64,000 nucleotides of DNA, from the NCBI GenBank assembly GCA_008632985.1, contig QPGO01000061.1, positions 1 through 64,000 on the forward strand. Direction: 5' to 3'. Source of the stretch: Psammoneis japonica. Lineage: Eukaryota. The translations under genes were made by a program, and so were the position numbers. The notes under the pieces are model-generated. The model searched no databases. It saw only the letters and a list, made by a program, of their open reading frames with translations, and was not told the DNA's origin. Within the stretch, counting starts at the first letter, position 1. Every line of letters begins with the position of its first letter. Of the stretch, positions 49,150 through 62,430 are shown one piece after another.

Positions 49150-52100
49150 CTTGTCAACTGAGGCGGTGCGAGTGCAAATTGTCTCAGATTCTGCGTGTGC
49201 AGAACTCATCACATTTTCCACACAAATCTCCAAAGTCACCTTGCCTGCTTCAACTGAACTTGATGGTCACTTGACAAAGTGTTCGCAGTGCTTGCTTTCA
49301 CTCTCCTTGATTTGTTTGCAGACACAGTGCCGCAAACTCACACAAACTTCTTCTTTGCATCTTTTTCGGAAGGAAGCAGCAGCCAACTTTTGCAACTCGG
49401 GGCTGCGAGGATGCGAGTTGTGTGAATCTTGGTCCATCCCTTGGTGTGCAAAGAGAGCTGCACGAGCACTCGTGCTGTGCTTGTGCACTGCACCACTGCT
49501 CACATCATCATCTCAGTCACAGCCGCACATTGCTGTTTCAACACACGCTGAGCTGCTGAGCTGCTGAGACTGTGTCATGGCCACCTGACCACTGTGCATC
49601 AACAGAGACCATGTTGCCACTGAGTGAGACACAAAAGGAGCGCATCAAATGTGCCAAGCACAGTTGTCAATCCGTGCACCAAGAAAAAGTCTTCACCAAC
49701 TGCAACATCCACTGGCAGCAGCAATGCCACAGTGACAAGTGCCGCGCATGCTGCTGCTGTGGACAATCTCATGAGGGCCAATGGAACAGAGCTTTCCCAA
49801 GAGTCAGCAATCAAGCTTTTTGAGCAGCATGAAAAAGAAAATGATGAGTGCCTTTTTGATGAATTGGATGCACAAGATGACAAGGAGGAAGCAAAAGAGA
49901 GGCCATCATGAAAAGCTTGATTGGTCTGCTGTGGTGGATGAAAGTTGCACCCACTCTACAACAAAAACAATGATGGGAAGATTGCAGGCAAACAATCCAC
50001 AAAACAACATTTTTTTCAAGCATCAAAGAAACAACAAAGATCAGAGGTCTTCAATGCCAGAAATGTGGGACAACCACAAGGAGAGAGTTGGTGTGCACTG
50101 AGCTGTGAGACAGCCTGGGAAAGGGTGAAAAGCACAGCCTTCTCAAAGGCAAAATGTGGCATGAGATGCTTGGTGTCAATCTTGAATTGATTTGCAAAAA
50201 TGTCATCCATGAGATGGGCCTGATGCATGTCACAATCATGCAAAGCTGACAATGGCGTCTCTTGTGGTTGGTTGTGGCAGAGAAGCCAAATTTCTGCACT
50301 GGAATGAACTCCAGTGGGATGATTTGTTTCTTGCTGTGGAAGGCATGTGAGCTTGACTGAAAACTTTGTTGCAGCAGATGTTGTGTTTCCAAGGTTTCTG
50401 TGCTGTGTTCAGTGGACCCTGGGAGCATTCTTTTCCATGGAAGATGGCTTGCACTGGTGCAACAGCTCAGACAAAAAAGCTTGCAACCATGTTCCCAGAT
50501 CTTTGGCAGACCTCTGATGCATCTGTGGTGGTGCAACTCACAAAATTGACAAAAGACAACTCAAACATTCAGATGCAGTGGACACTCAATTTGTCTTGAA
50601 ACACTCATGATGTTGGCTCCAATGCTGAGCTTTCAATTCATCCAGATGTTGTGCCAGAGAGGAGCAATGCCTTGCTGGTTGCTTCTTGGCTGTCAACAAC
50701 AGCAAGCTGTGAACCAGAGTGAATCCTTTGGCAGGAATGGCACCAGCCAATGCACCAGCTGGATTTGACAATTCACAAGCTGTGGTGCATCCAGCAAGCC
50801 CGGTGCTCTTGTGGGTTGTGTTGCAGCAGAAGAAATGGACTGACTTGTGTCATGCTGTCTGTGCCTCATGTCAAAGTTTTCATCCTCTGCTGCATGTGAC
50901 ACTGCCAAGTTGGCAATGAGGTGCCCTGTGGTGCACAAGGAGTTTTGCCATGGGAACTGGTTGGGTGCAAAACAGTGTCCTCTGTTGAGAAAGCCTGGCT
51001 GGCAATGTCTCCAGGGGAGGCACACCACAAATTGGCAGCATGGGCAGGGATTGTTGACAAGGCATGTGAATTGAAAACAGTCATGTGCCAGATGTGGCTA
51101 ACACAACTTTATGGAAACCATCAAAGAGCAGTTGCAAGTGATCAAGAAGCTTTCACTGTCAAATTTAGATCTTCAACAAAAGTGAGCTCTCATGGATCCA
51201 AAGTTTTGGGATTTTGGACATTGATGATGACCACATTCCTGTCATCCATTGCAACAATGCTGAAGGCAGTGTTCCATTTGTGGGCAGCTGAGGAACCAGA
51301 AACCAAAGAACCAACTGTGGAACAGGAAATGGACAATGAAAATGTGGCTGCATCTGACAACATTGAAACCATTGAAAGCACTGCTGCAGCCAACAAAACA
51401 CTCAATGGAAGCAATGGCATCCTGCAGGAGCTTCTTTGGACATTTGTTGAATCTGTGGTGTGAACAATGAAACACTGCATGAGGCCAAGCAGCAGCATGC
51501 AGCATGACAAGAAAGCATTGGTTGTTTGACTGGTTGACAAAAATGAGCTTTGCAAGGGGCACAAGCTGTGCAATGCCATGCCTGACTTGGTGCCTTGAAA
51601 AGATGTTCATTTCTGTTGCAGGGCAACGGAGCTTGTGGAATCTGTTTTGACTGATCTGCAAGAATCCAGGCCCAAAGCTGAAACCAAGTGGCAGTCCCGC
51701 CAATGAGACAATCAGGTGCAGCCTCAAATGATGGCATGGCACCATTTGTGCAACCTTGTGTGGCAATGCACAAATGCACAAAATTCCTCTGTCAAGAAGA
51801 TGCCACAGACTGGCCAGTTGAGTCTCATTGAATTGGCAATGAACTGTTCTGCAGAATGCATGGCTTCACTGAGAGTTGCAACAGCAGCACTCCTTGACTT
51901 TTTCTGCGCCCTTGGGACAAATTTTTTGTCCCGGCATTTTCTCTTTTTCAACGCAAGTGCAACCACTGGTTTTGTTGCTGTTTGTGTTCAACCACATGTT
52001 TCTTGGTGCAAAAGGCAGTTGGAGGAAACCAGCATGCTGCAGAGAGACTGTGCCCAGAGTTGTGGACCAATGCCAATGGACAGAATGCCAGCAGAGATGC

Positions 52101-55100
52101 CAGAGGCAGAGCAGAAGACACACCTGCATTTTCTGTGGATGAAAATGAAACAAAACAGGTGTTGCACCAGGATTGGCTGGTGATGAATTGATCCAATGCA
52201 TGTCAGGCCCAGCAAGACAGATTTAACAGCAAGTGCTGTCACTGAGGATTGTTGTGACAAAGGGAAAACAAACCAATGTCAGAATCATGTTGTTGCTGAT
52301 GACGCAGTGCTTTGTGCATGCTGCAACAAGAACAACTGCATCTTGGCTGCCTTTTCAGGAATGATTTCAGGAATGATCATCAACTCCAATGTTGCAGACA
52401 GTGTTCTGCAACCACTTGTTGCAATTGGTCATGGGGTTGTTTGTTGGAAGAAGGGCCTCTCCAATGACACAAGGTTGGGCACATTGTGTGCAGAGGCATT
52501 TGCCCACATGCTCCTGAAGAACAATTTTGTTGTGTGGCACACAGAGTGCAAGAGCAACAACAAGGACAGCTGTTTGATGTCAGACTGCAATGTGGAGTTT
52601 GATGACAAAGGAAACCCCACTGGAAGGGAAGACTTGTGTGAGATGGTGATGCCAGACATCGCCATTGCTGAGCCAGAGGATGCAGACAGATCAAGCTCAT
52701 TCACCATTTTGGAAAAAAGACTCTGAAGAGCCCACAGAGCAAGGTGTGCTCAAGGAAATGGTGAGCACATTCAAGGAGGTGTGGAAGAACTCCCTCACAA
52801 GAGCCAAAACAAATGCATCAAGAAGGTGAGAATGGAGCAAACAACACAGGAGCAATTGTCCATTTTGATGAAGGTCATGACTGAGCTAGACAGCAACAAG
52901 AACCTGCCAGACATGGTGCTGAGAAGAGAAAGTGCATGAGACACCCAAAGCACACTTCACAGCAGGAAACTCCAGAAATGGAGTTGAAGAAGGTGCATCC
53001 AGGAGACGATGCAAAACACCCAGGAAGTGCAAAGGATGGTTGCTGAGGGCAAACAAGTTCTTTGAGCAACTGGCAAGGGAAATCAAGCAAGACACTGCAA
53101 GCAAACAACCAAGCCAATGGGAGGATTTGCACAGAAAACTTGTGGCTGATCATGAAAAGAAAGAGGAAAAAGAGAACAACAAGCCAGGGGATGGAGGCGA
53201 CAACATGGTGAACTGTGCCAAGACATGCAAACTAGAGTCAACACCAGCCCAGCAGTCAACATGTAAAAACAGCAACCACGCTGTTGCAAATGAGATTGCA
53301 GACAAAGTGTGCAAAGCAGCAGTGACATCATTGGAAATGACATTGTGGAGCAAATCTAAATTGTGAACCCAAATTCCAGCATGCTGGTTGGCAAGCAAAT
53401 TGAAAGGATGCACCAAAAAATGGCAAGCCAGGAAACCAGTCACCCAATCTGTTGTCAGTCAGTTGTCGACAGTCATCAAATGGAGTGTCACTCTTGAGTC
53501 AACTTGTTGGATTGAAACAAACTTGTTGGTTTGCACACATCTTTGATTCCAAGCCAACATTTGTTGGAGGTGCAGGACATTTGTTTGTTTTTAAATCACA
53601 TCTGTTTGTCACAAACAGATGTGATTCATTGCAAATCTGACTGATTTGGTCACAAACAAATTGACGTGCTCAAGCTCACACATGTTGAGGGAGACTGAGG
53701 TCTGGTCATCCATGGACATGAGGATTCGTTGACTCAGGCCCCTGATGCAGCATTTGGCAGAAGCCCATCTGTCCAACATTTGCAGCTCTTGCTTTGCTGA
53801 TGTCAAGCATGAAGTGCACCAGGAGCTGGCCCCAGAAAATGTTGGTCAAAGCCTGATTTCCAAGCTTGGCTGGCAGCACATGGCCAGCCATCCACTGGCA
53901 AGGATGCAGAGTTTTGGGAGTGTGTCAGTCAGCTTGGGTTGAAGGAAGGATGTCTGCTTCCACTGGTGATGGAAGAGGCAGTCCTGCATGATGCATCTTT
54001 GCTGTCACTCAATGTTTGAGTTGTTTCCTGGGTTGCATTGTGTCTGATGAGATGATGCCCTAAATTGTCAAGGAGATGGACAGGCAAAACAAAGCATTCT
54101 TGTCAGTTTGTGCTGCCAAAGATTTTTTTAAACCCCTTCCCTTCACTTCTAAATCTTTCAGAAGCACCAGCCGTCTTTGGTTTGGAAAGGCAGTGTTGGC
54201 AGGGGCAAGGGATTTCTTTGTTGTCTGAAGCCGGCGGTGTCAACAATGCTTTGTGAAGGGTGACACTTGTTGGTTGGCAACAGTTTTTACATTCGAAAAA
54301 CAACTGAAAATGCTGAAAATGCATTTCCTTGTGGAGAAGCCACACACACCATGTGACATCCAGGATCATTCACCCATCATGTTGGAGGGGGCAGCATTTT
54401 TCAAGAAGCTGTGTCTGACAGCTCCTTGATGGCAGGAGCAGCAACGGAGGACTCACACACAAAACAGATGTCATCATCATCAGCATCTCCTGGAGGCTGT
54501 GACATGCACCAGGTTGTCCTCCAACAAGAGATTCCCAGCATTGTTCCTTGGGTTAGGGGCAGCTGCTGTTGCATCAACTGCATTGTGAAATTCTTGACAG
54601 AAAATGGATGAATGCAAGTGCACACTTGTCCATCATCAGGAATGCACCCATTTGCCACTTCTTGACAAGAGCAGACAGCTTGCACACAAGGTGGCAGCTC
54701 CTCTTGTGTCTCCTTCCCACTGTGTCATTGGGTCCAATTGGACAGAGTGCATTCATTCCCAATGGCTTGTTCACCCCATTTGTGCCCAGGACAATGTGTT
54801 CTGTGTCATGGTTGTGACATTTGGCTTCTCTGGCAAAAAGCATTTCCAAGAAATTGTTTTTATCTGATTTACAAATGAATTAAGTCACTGTTCCTTTTTG
54901 TCAGCTGCAAAAAACCAACATGTGAAACCCCTGCGTTGGTTTGAATGTGCATGAAAACATGGCGGCCACTTCTCCTTCCCCTGTTCTGCTGCCCAGGTGA
55001 ACTCCGCACCCAGCGTTGCGTTTTTTGGAAAGTTGGACTCAGAGTGACTCTTGGCATTGGACCCGGTGTCAGCTGGTGAGACGTCGGATTTGAACTGGCA

Positions 55101-55400
55101 CGGGGACATGGCGCTGGTGCAGCGGATTGGGGGTCACCCGTGGAGATGGCGCTGGTGCAGCGCGACGAGTCGTCGGATTGGGGGTCGCTTGAGCCGCTTG
55201 AGGAGATGGCACTGCTGCAGCGCAACAAGTCAGATTGGGGGGCACTGGAGGAGTTGGCGATGGTGCAGCAAGACGAGCTGGACCGGGGGTCGTCTGAGAA
55301 CTCACTGCAAGTCGGCGGCCTCCGATCAAAATCAATTGTGGGCTGAAAGACGAGTTGTTGAGGACTGTCTGCTGAAGGAACCTTGGCTCAGGAAATTCGA
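49150..55400. mobile_element. Highly degenerate, probably DNA-transposon-derived block (unclassified)
   Basis: TA/CG-depleted throughout. + strand AEAFAHMLLKNNFVVW...RKCKGW resembles an EAF/GWS-type TE accessory ORF as I recall it. - strand 53400-54850 is weakly Plavaka-like. Family not established. Confidence 0.45.
55084..55298. repeat. Imperfect ~50-60-bp tandem repeats
   Basis: Recurring gagatggcgctggtgcagcg...ggattgggggtc units. Confidence 0.7.
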
Positions 55401-55787
55401 TCACAGAAACGACCGCTGGGATTCAAGTCTATCTCTTAAAGACTGGTGCCAGAGCAATCCACGCCATCGAGTTCAAAGACAGCATGCACAGAGTCAACAT
55501 TCATTAACACGCCAACAAACGTCATGAGTCAGTCCACGGACAACAGAATCGAACGGTTCGATGAACTCTTCTATCAGAGCGCTTCACAGACGGCCTATTG
55601 CACAATTTTCTTGGAGAATGAGAAGCCGATACATTTTCCTAGACAATGAATAACGTCTATTGCCAACTCGTACAGTTCATATTTGAGACGCTTTCCAAAA
55701 TTTTTGGTTGTATGAGATTTCCGTAGAGGAACACAGTCGCGGAGTTAACCAAGAGGCTAGGTACTTGTGCAGCATTGCTCTCTTGAT

Positions 55788-56907
55788 TTACTTTGTAGAA
55801 GATGACAAGGCCCAGCGTGTCCCTTTTGTGATGGGATCAGCCTGGTGCCACACGCTCTGTAGTTGATTGGTAAATGAGAGCAAGAAGTCAGCAAAAGAAG
55901 CAGACAAGTCAAACAAGGAAAGAACCGGGCTTCTCCTGGCCTACGTTCGCTACCAGAGTCTCCAGCAACCATCATCAACCTACCTATCAATAAACGCGAC
56001 ATCACCCGATCTGGTATCGTAATGTAGCTCTTGTGGTTTCTTTGTGGTTGGGTCTTTTCCGTCCCAAAATGTCAGTCCTCCGCCTTGAAAGGAATTGAAC
56101 TCTTCTGAAGCTGACCAGCGATCAATCGGCAATGCCACCACGACAGAGCCGTCCACTTTTCCGGCGCCATCCACATGCTATTAAGAGAGAAACCCAGAGA
56201 GTGAATGAGTGAGTGATGAACAAGCTAGGAGAGACGCATAATCAGGCTTTTCCAACAACATACCTTGAGCAGAGCTTGCTCTCCCGGAGCTGGTGTGTAT
56301 CTGGTTATGAAAGTCATAAGCCGTGAGACATTAATATCTGTTTTAATTGAATGCTGTTGTCGGTACCAAGTAACAAACAACTCATTACAAGATTCAAGCA
56401 GAGGCTGAAAGAGTTGTAGCAAGTTGAGATTGGGTTCTGTGCAGGGTATGCCTCCCTCCATAACTTCCAAGTAACAACTTATTTTCCATTCTCGAATTTT
56501 AGCAACTCCTCCATTGTAAGTTACAGTCTGAGGATTGAAATGTTCTAACAACTAGGAAAGAGCGAATCCAGGTACTGTGGATGAACGGCCTCACGAAGCA
56601 CCAAATGACGCAACTTGGATAACTTCTTTCGTAGCACTTGCTTGACAATCTCTTCCTGTACCCAGGACGGACAATTGAATGCACAACGGGAGTCTCTACG
56701 ATGAACGACCTGTCCTCGTTCTCACCTATCCAACGTGACAATACATTCAGTATAATGGGCATTGTGAGATTGTTCAGCACGCAAAGTAAGCTCAGCAAAA
56801 GGCACGCTCGTTTTCGACTTACATTTTCCCGCTTGATCGTCCTCCTTTGACTTTACAAAATTCAAACCATCTGTAACATCTTCCAATGCCTTTTCTACCC
56901 CCATCAT
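55788..56907 (-). pseudogene. 2OG-Fe(II) oxygenase (prolyl-hydroxylase-like) gene with lesions
   Basis: FITRY...LLK|HVDG (HxD), FQGGGLTF, GDVAFID, WHQADPITKGTRWAL; two GT-AG introns. In-frame TGA at 56722-56724; frameshifts near 56553 and 55808. Confidence 0.75.
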
Positions 56908-58082
56908 GCTATCTTTGCTCGTGGTAATTCCCCTGCTTGTTGTGTTTCAAATAATGTCGATGATTCTTCATCGTCCGCATTGAGCATCGTCGCTGCGTCG
57001 CGTGAGTGCACTAAACATAGCGGACGGACGGACAGACTAACGAGCATCGTTTTGGCGCGGCGCGCTGGTGCTCTGCGCGCTCAATGACGCTCCGGCGGTG
57101 GGACGAGAGTGATTCCTGTTGATCACACCAGAACACTGCCAGCCCCACATGGAGTGTGATTGCACCACCTGGTTTGCTCACCTGAGTGTGAGCTGCACTT
57201 GGAGCTCTGCACAGACCAGCATGTCTTTTGTGCCTGACCAGCAGACTGGGGAGAAGCCACGCACACTTTTTCGCTCATGGCGAGTTGGCCCAGGAGGGCA
57301 GGCAGCAAAAGGCAGTTCCATGTCTTGAGCCCAATCACTTCCTCTGGCAAATGGGAAGCTGAGCTGTGTCACTTCAAAGACTCATCAGTTTGCACTTCAT
57401 CACATCAGATGCACAGCTCACAAGCGGGCTGAGCCACTCTCACATGTTTGCTTCCAGCAAAGGCAGCCTCTTCTGGCTGGTGTGAGTTTCTCTCAGAGCT
57501 CATGTTGGGGGTTGGTTTGGGCAGCAGCAGCAGAGCTGGAGTTCTTGGGCCACTTTGCATTGTTTGTGCTGACAAAGCAACCAGCCACACTGCTGCTGGC
57601 ACTGCCAGGAGCTGTGCCCCACCTGCCACACCCCCACAACCTCTTTTGACCTCTTGTTGTTGCTTGGTGATTGGCGAGCTGCACCACACAAGAAAGTGAG
57701 AAAGAGCAGCTTGAAAAAAGAGGAAAAACAGAAAGAAGACCTGCTTTTCTTGCTTTGTTTTTCAATGCCACCAGAGCAACAAGGAGCATGCTTCTGCTCC
57801 TCCCTGCACTTTTTGTCTTCAGAGTGCAAAAGATGCTTTGCAGACACACACACCCCTGCTGCGAGCACTCCAAAAGAAAAGGGCTGCCAAAACAAAAAAG
57901 AGGCAGAGAGGAGCACAGCAAGAAGAGAGCACCCCAGCAGCGGCGGTGCAGCAGAGAAGAAAAACAAGAGCTGATGCTGTTGTGCAGGGGCAGCTCTTGT
58001 TGCCAGTGGCTTGTTTCCCTTTTGTCCTCTCCCACAGACAAGTGTTTCTGCCCTGGTGTGGTGCACGCAAGATGCTTCTCAA

Positions 58083-58478
58083 GGGGGGTCATCTCTGTGT
58101 TTGTCCTAAAATTGCCGTTGCATTTGAATGAGGTTTTTCACAGTGTTTGTTTTTGAATGCAAGAATTGCTCGCGGTCACACCCGATCGCACACGAAAACG
58201 AGAACCATCAACACCGCGATCTCGAAGCACGACAATGATGACAATCATCGACATTTCTCAAAAAACGTAGTTTGCCGTCTGCCAACTTTTCATGCATGTG
58301 CAATCTTTGACACACAACAAACACAAAACAAATGAGAGTTGGCAGATGGACCACCTCCGTCACAGACTCATGGCTTGTTGTTTTCACCACGGTGAAGCAC
58401 GGTGAAATTCAGGAAAAATCATGCGAAACACAAGCCATTGGCCGAATTCGAGCTAAAAAAAGTAGCAACCGACCACCC
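58083..58478. mobile_element. ~400-bp MITE, copy 2 of 18019-18425
   Basis: GGGGGGTCAT...GACCACCC; right flank TTAA, left flank TCAA. Confidence 0.8.
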
Positions 58479-58504
58479 TTAAGAAGTTGGAGAGAGGAGA
58501 GTGC

Positions 58505-58723
58505 GATCTGGGGGAAGTCTCCAGCCAGCAGCTGGCTGAAAAAAGTCTGATCGTCAGTGCGTTTGGGGGGTTTTGCAAGTGCAATTTTTACGCACGCAAA
58601 AGAAGACGAGTCTGTCCAGCGTTCACCAAAACCCCCTAACGCACAGATTGACAGACTCTTTCAGTACAATTTCTACACAAAATTCTTCAGCCAGCAGCGC
58701 TGGCTGGAGACTTCCCCCAGATC
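58505..58723. repeat. ~220-bp hairpin/MITE with nested inverted repeats
   Basis: gatctgggggaagtctccagccagc / gctggctggagacttcccccagatc (perfect 25 bp), plus inner gtgcgtttggggggttttg / caaaaccccctaacgcac. Confidence 0.85.
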
Positions 58724-58902
58724 ACGAATCACGAGTCGTTCAGTCACGACCATTTTCCTGCTTGGCACAGACTCAAGACCGTGAGTGACGGCCGCCAATG
58801 GCGTTGGCGTTTTCGCTGGTTTGAACTGCCACTCCTGTACACAGGGAACAAAGTAGTGCAAGCTTGACGGATCGCGTTGTAATTGATGATTTCTGCAAGA
58901 GG

Positions 58903-60311
58903 ATGGGAAAATGTGGAATTTCAAGAATCGCATGTCGAATTCTTTCTGGACGACCCAAGGTCCATACTACTGTGACGACGACGACGGCACTTCGATTCAT
59001 CCACACTCGCGAGGATAGAGTCTTGATATGCGGTGATGGAGATCTATCCTACGGGGCTTCTATTTCCAAAGAGCTACAAGAAAGAGGCACAGCATTGACA
59101 GTATCGGTGCTTGAATCTCGAGACGAACACCGCAACGGTAGGAGTATTGTGCATGTTTCTCGTCCTTGCTATGTTTGCAAAGAGAACCCATTCACAATAC
59201 CAACTTTTTTTTTTGCTTTTACAGTCTACCGTCATTCCGAAAAGAACGCTGAGATTATCGAGGAACACGGTCATTCTATTCGATTTGAAACCAACGCCAC
59301 AAGGCTAATGGATTACCCTGATTTGTTGGACGATCCCTTTGATCGAATCCAATTCAATTTCCCGCATTGGAGAGGAAAAACAAACATTCGACACAATAGG
59401 TACGTGCGATTGATTCAATCAATATTCAAAATTACCTTGGGTATCTTACATTGCTTTCCCATGTGATGCTTTTGAAAGAAGACAGTTGCTTTCGGACTTT
59501 TTTGCTTCATGCAACCACGTCTTGTGTCCTTCTGGACAAGTGCACGTGGCGCTCATGGATCGTCAAGGTGGATCGACAGCCCAAACCTTGAGGGATTGGA
59601 AACAAAGTTGGATGGCTGCACATTATGCTGCTCAACAAAATCTGTTATTGACAAACGTGGCGCCCTTTCAGGTGAGCTCTTTTTTTCGTTTGGAGTATCT
59701 ACCACATGATTATTATTGACGATTGGTGCCACAGTACTTTTTGCTTTTTGCCATGCTCACACTCTCACTTTTTTGGTCTTTAGGCCAATTACAACTTGAG
59801 TGCCTATCAATGGCGAGATCGAGCTTTTCGAATAAAGGGTGAGCCTCTCTTGTACATTTTTTGTGCTCCCGACAATCCATCATGTCTTGCTCCGGAGCAT
59901 TTGCAACTCTATAGCTATTTTCGAATCTTGCTTCGACATGACCAAGAGGAGACAATCAATGGAGAATCATCTCCTCCATCAAGTCAAGTATGGGTGCTCT
60001 CAAACTATATACAAGACCGCATTCCGCAAGGTTGGAGAGCACAGGTCGAATTCCTCGATTGGGTCGACGGAACAGCCATGATGCGAGATCCTGAACCGTA
60101 TTGGTGGGCCGCCTATGGCATTGTGATTTGTGGACAAGAACGAGCCTTGACACGAGACGAGGCAGAAGAGTGCCGCGTACGACTTGTCGATGAAATGGTG
60201 CAAGACGCCGAATGGACGATACGACAGCGATCCAACTGGGTCATTTCCAATCCGTGTCCATATCCTTTGTTACAGCACTACATCAAGAAGAAACCAACTG
60301 AAAAACAATAG
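58903..60311 (+). CDS. BMT5/DUF2431-like rRNA (uridine-N3) methyltransferase domain protein, 4 exons
   Basis: VLICGDGDLSY, NATRL, FDRIQFNFPH, LLSDFFAS...GQVHVAL. Introns starting at 59138, 59400 and ~59672 splice in frame. Confidence 0.85.
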
Positions 60312-60351
60312 ATCATTGGCAATCATCAGCTGAGCTACAGATGCTAGAATC

Positions 60352-60605
60352 TTACAAATGAAACTTTCTGCACGTCGTGTCCATCTCTTTACGCTTGTGA
60401 ATCCATTCACATTCACCAAACATGGCATCAAAAGTGCCCTCCTGAATCCACCGGAGCTTGAGAGGAAACCGAGGTCCCAATTCTTGCAACCTCGCCTCAC
60501 TGGTCTTGGGCGGCTTTGTTTCTTCGTTAATGTCGATGATGCCATGTGCAAAGACAAAGCCCCACTGGTTGTGAAAATTGCCACCTGCTGTCTCCCTGAA
60601 ACTCG
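60352..60605 (-). pseudogene. RPF1: 3' remnant of ribosome production factor 1 (Brix domain)
   Basis: FHNQ...RLQELGPRFPLKLRWIQEGTFDAMFGECEWIHKRKEMDTTCRKFHL* matches the RPF1 C-terminus (QELGPRFTLKL...GTFD...GEYEW...EMDTSRRKFHL). No recognisable 5' part. Confidence 0.88.
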
Positions 60606-61315
60606 AGCATTGTTCATGCAGACAACTGATTTGCCACATTCATTTTGACAGAGAGAGCACACTCACTTTTCAACACTTTGTTGAACAAAGTTTTTTGACA
60701 GAACATCCAGCTCATTGCCAAATTGAAGAAGCAGCTCAGAGCTTTGTCAACTTCTCAAGAGACCGACAGACATCTGTCATGTGCGGCAATGTCACCCAGG
60801 ATTCCACTGCACAGCAACCCCCCAACTCTTGATCAGGAGGTTTCTTGTGCAATTTGTCAGATGTGGCTGTTGAATTCCAAAAATGACAGATGGCAATGTG
60901 TTCCTGCCCTGGGCGGGACTCTGTGTGGCACTGGGCCTGCAGAATTTTGCGCGCAAGCTCTGTGAAATTTGATGCTTGCTGCAGGTGCTGGAGGTCCAAA
61001 TGGGGCCCACCAACCCAAACAACTTTGCAAGCTGCAGTGCTCAGGGTGTTGGCATGCATCACTTTAAGAGCCATTGCAGGCAGCCTTGGGGTTAATTTGT
61101 TGCCCGCACAGCCCATTCTTGCCTTTCAAAAACTTGCAAACTCAGCCAACTGTGTTTGCATTTTGCTGCAAATTGAAAAAAGAGAAAAAAGCGAAGCTCT
61201 CTGCTGCTTTGGCCCTGGCTGCAAAGCTCACTCCATGCTGCCCATCAACATGCAGCGCAACTTTCCAAGTGAAGAGTGTGCGGTGATCATCTGCCGCCAA
61301 AGCAGCTCACAAGTG

Positions 61316-61583
61316 CAGGCCTGTTCCAGCTCCAGGTGCTCCGCGCCATGGGCTCGATTCCCATCATTTGCCCAATTTTTAGGTTTGGCACAACCAACTT
61401 TTTCCAAATCCGTTTTTTGCCAAATCGAAGGGCAAGTGTGCACTTTGCATGCATTTTCGGGTGTACACTCACCTTTCAATTTTCGAAATGATCAAAATTG
61501 AAGGAGTTTGATGCACTGAACTGTGCAGAAAATCGGCCTCTCGCATGATGAAAAGCAGATCACCTGGAGCTGGAACAGGCCTG
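61316..61583. mobile_element. 268-bp MITE with perfect 23-bp TIRs (Tc1/mariner-like CAG termini)
   Basis: caggcctgttccagctccaggtg / cacctggagctggaacaggcctg; flanked by TG and CA. Confidence 0.8.
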
Positions 61584-62430
61584 CAGCTGCAGGAAAGAAG
61601 TGCAGATCCTCCACACTTTGTGGCTGTTGGGTCTGTCCACCACCCTGCTGCATCTGTCTTTCATTTCATTGCACTCTTTTTCCCCACCAACTCGAGAAGA
61701 AAGGTGGAGCCCTTTGACTGCTCGACATCATCAAGAGCACAATTCTTGCAGAAATGATGAGCGACTCCTGACAAAAACAACAAACATGTGCATGATCACA
61801 AACAACAGCTGCAAAGTGGCCTGCTGAGTCATTTCTTGTGCAAGCAGTGAGCAGCAAGCTGATCTTTTGAGCTTGCCCCGCCCTCTTGCAAATGGAAAAC
61901 ATGGTTTGATGTCATGGCGATGTGATGTTGCACCACGGAGAGAGAACTTGTGTGTGCTGTTTCACTGCATTTTGCGTTTGTGCACATGCACCCACAGGAA
62001 GAGTGTCAAATGAATGTGTTGGACTCAATGATGTCATCACACATCACGCACACCCACATCCCATGGCACTTCCGAAGGGGTGATGTGACGTGATAGCCGT
62101 GAGAGCTCGAGATAGAACTCGATCAGCCGAGGGAGCACAGGAGTCTTTTTCAAATAGACCAGTTTTCGCGGGAAAGAAGTCGCTAAATTTTTTCAAACTT
62201 ACTATATTTCTGTATACATAAATGAATCATACATGTATACCCATCTTGATACAATTATTCACCGCCGAAGTCATCATTGGTCCACAATTTTTGATAGTGA
62301 ATTCGGCGACTTGTGCCGCCCAAAATTTCGTCTCACTTTTCTCCCTCCAATTTTGTCTTATTTCTTTGGTTGACACCAGTTGCAATACATTATCAAGTAA
62401 ATTAGCCCTCTACGGCAGTAACACTCCAAG

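Noticed and set aside
55084..55298. CRISPR-like array
   Set aside because: Repeats are degenerate tandem units without unique spacers; eukaryotic context, no cas genes.
32700..55400. Hundreds of overlapping Cys/His/Met-rich ORFs on all six frames
   Set aside because: By-product of TA depletion removing TAA/TAG stops and creating TG/CA-rich codons; not credible genes or metal-binding proteins.
56722..56724. Selenocysteine or readthrough at the in-frame TGA
   Set aside because: Additional frameshifts downstream and no evidence for a Cys-equivalent position; a nonsense mutation or error is simpler.
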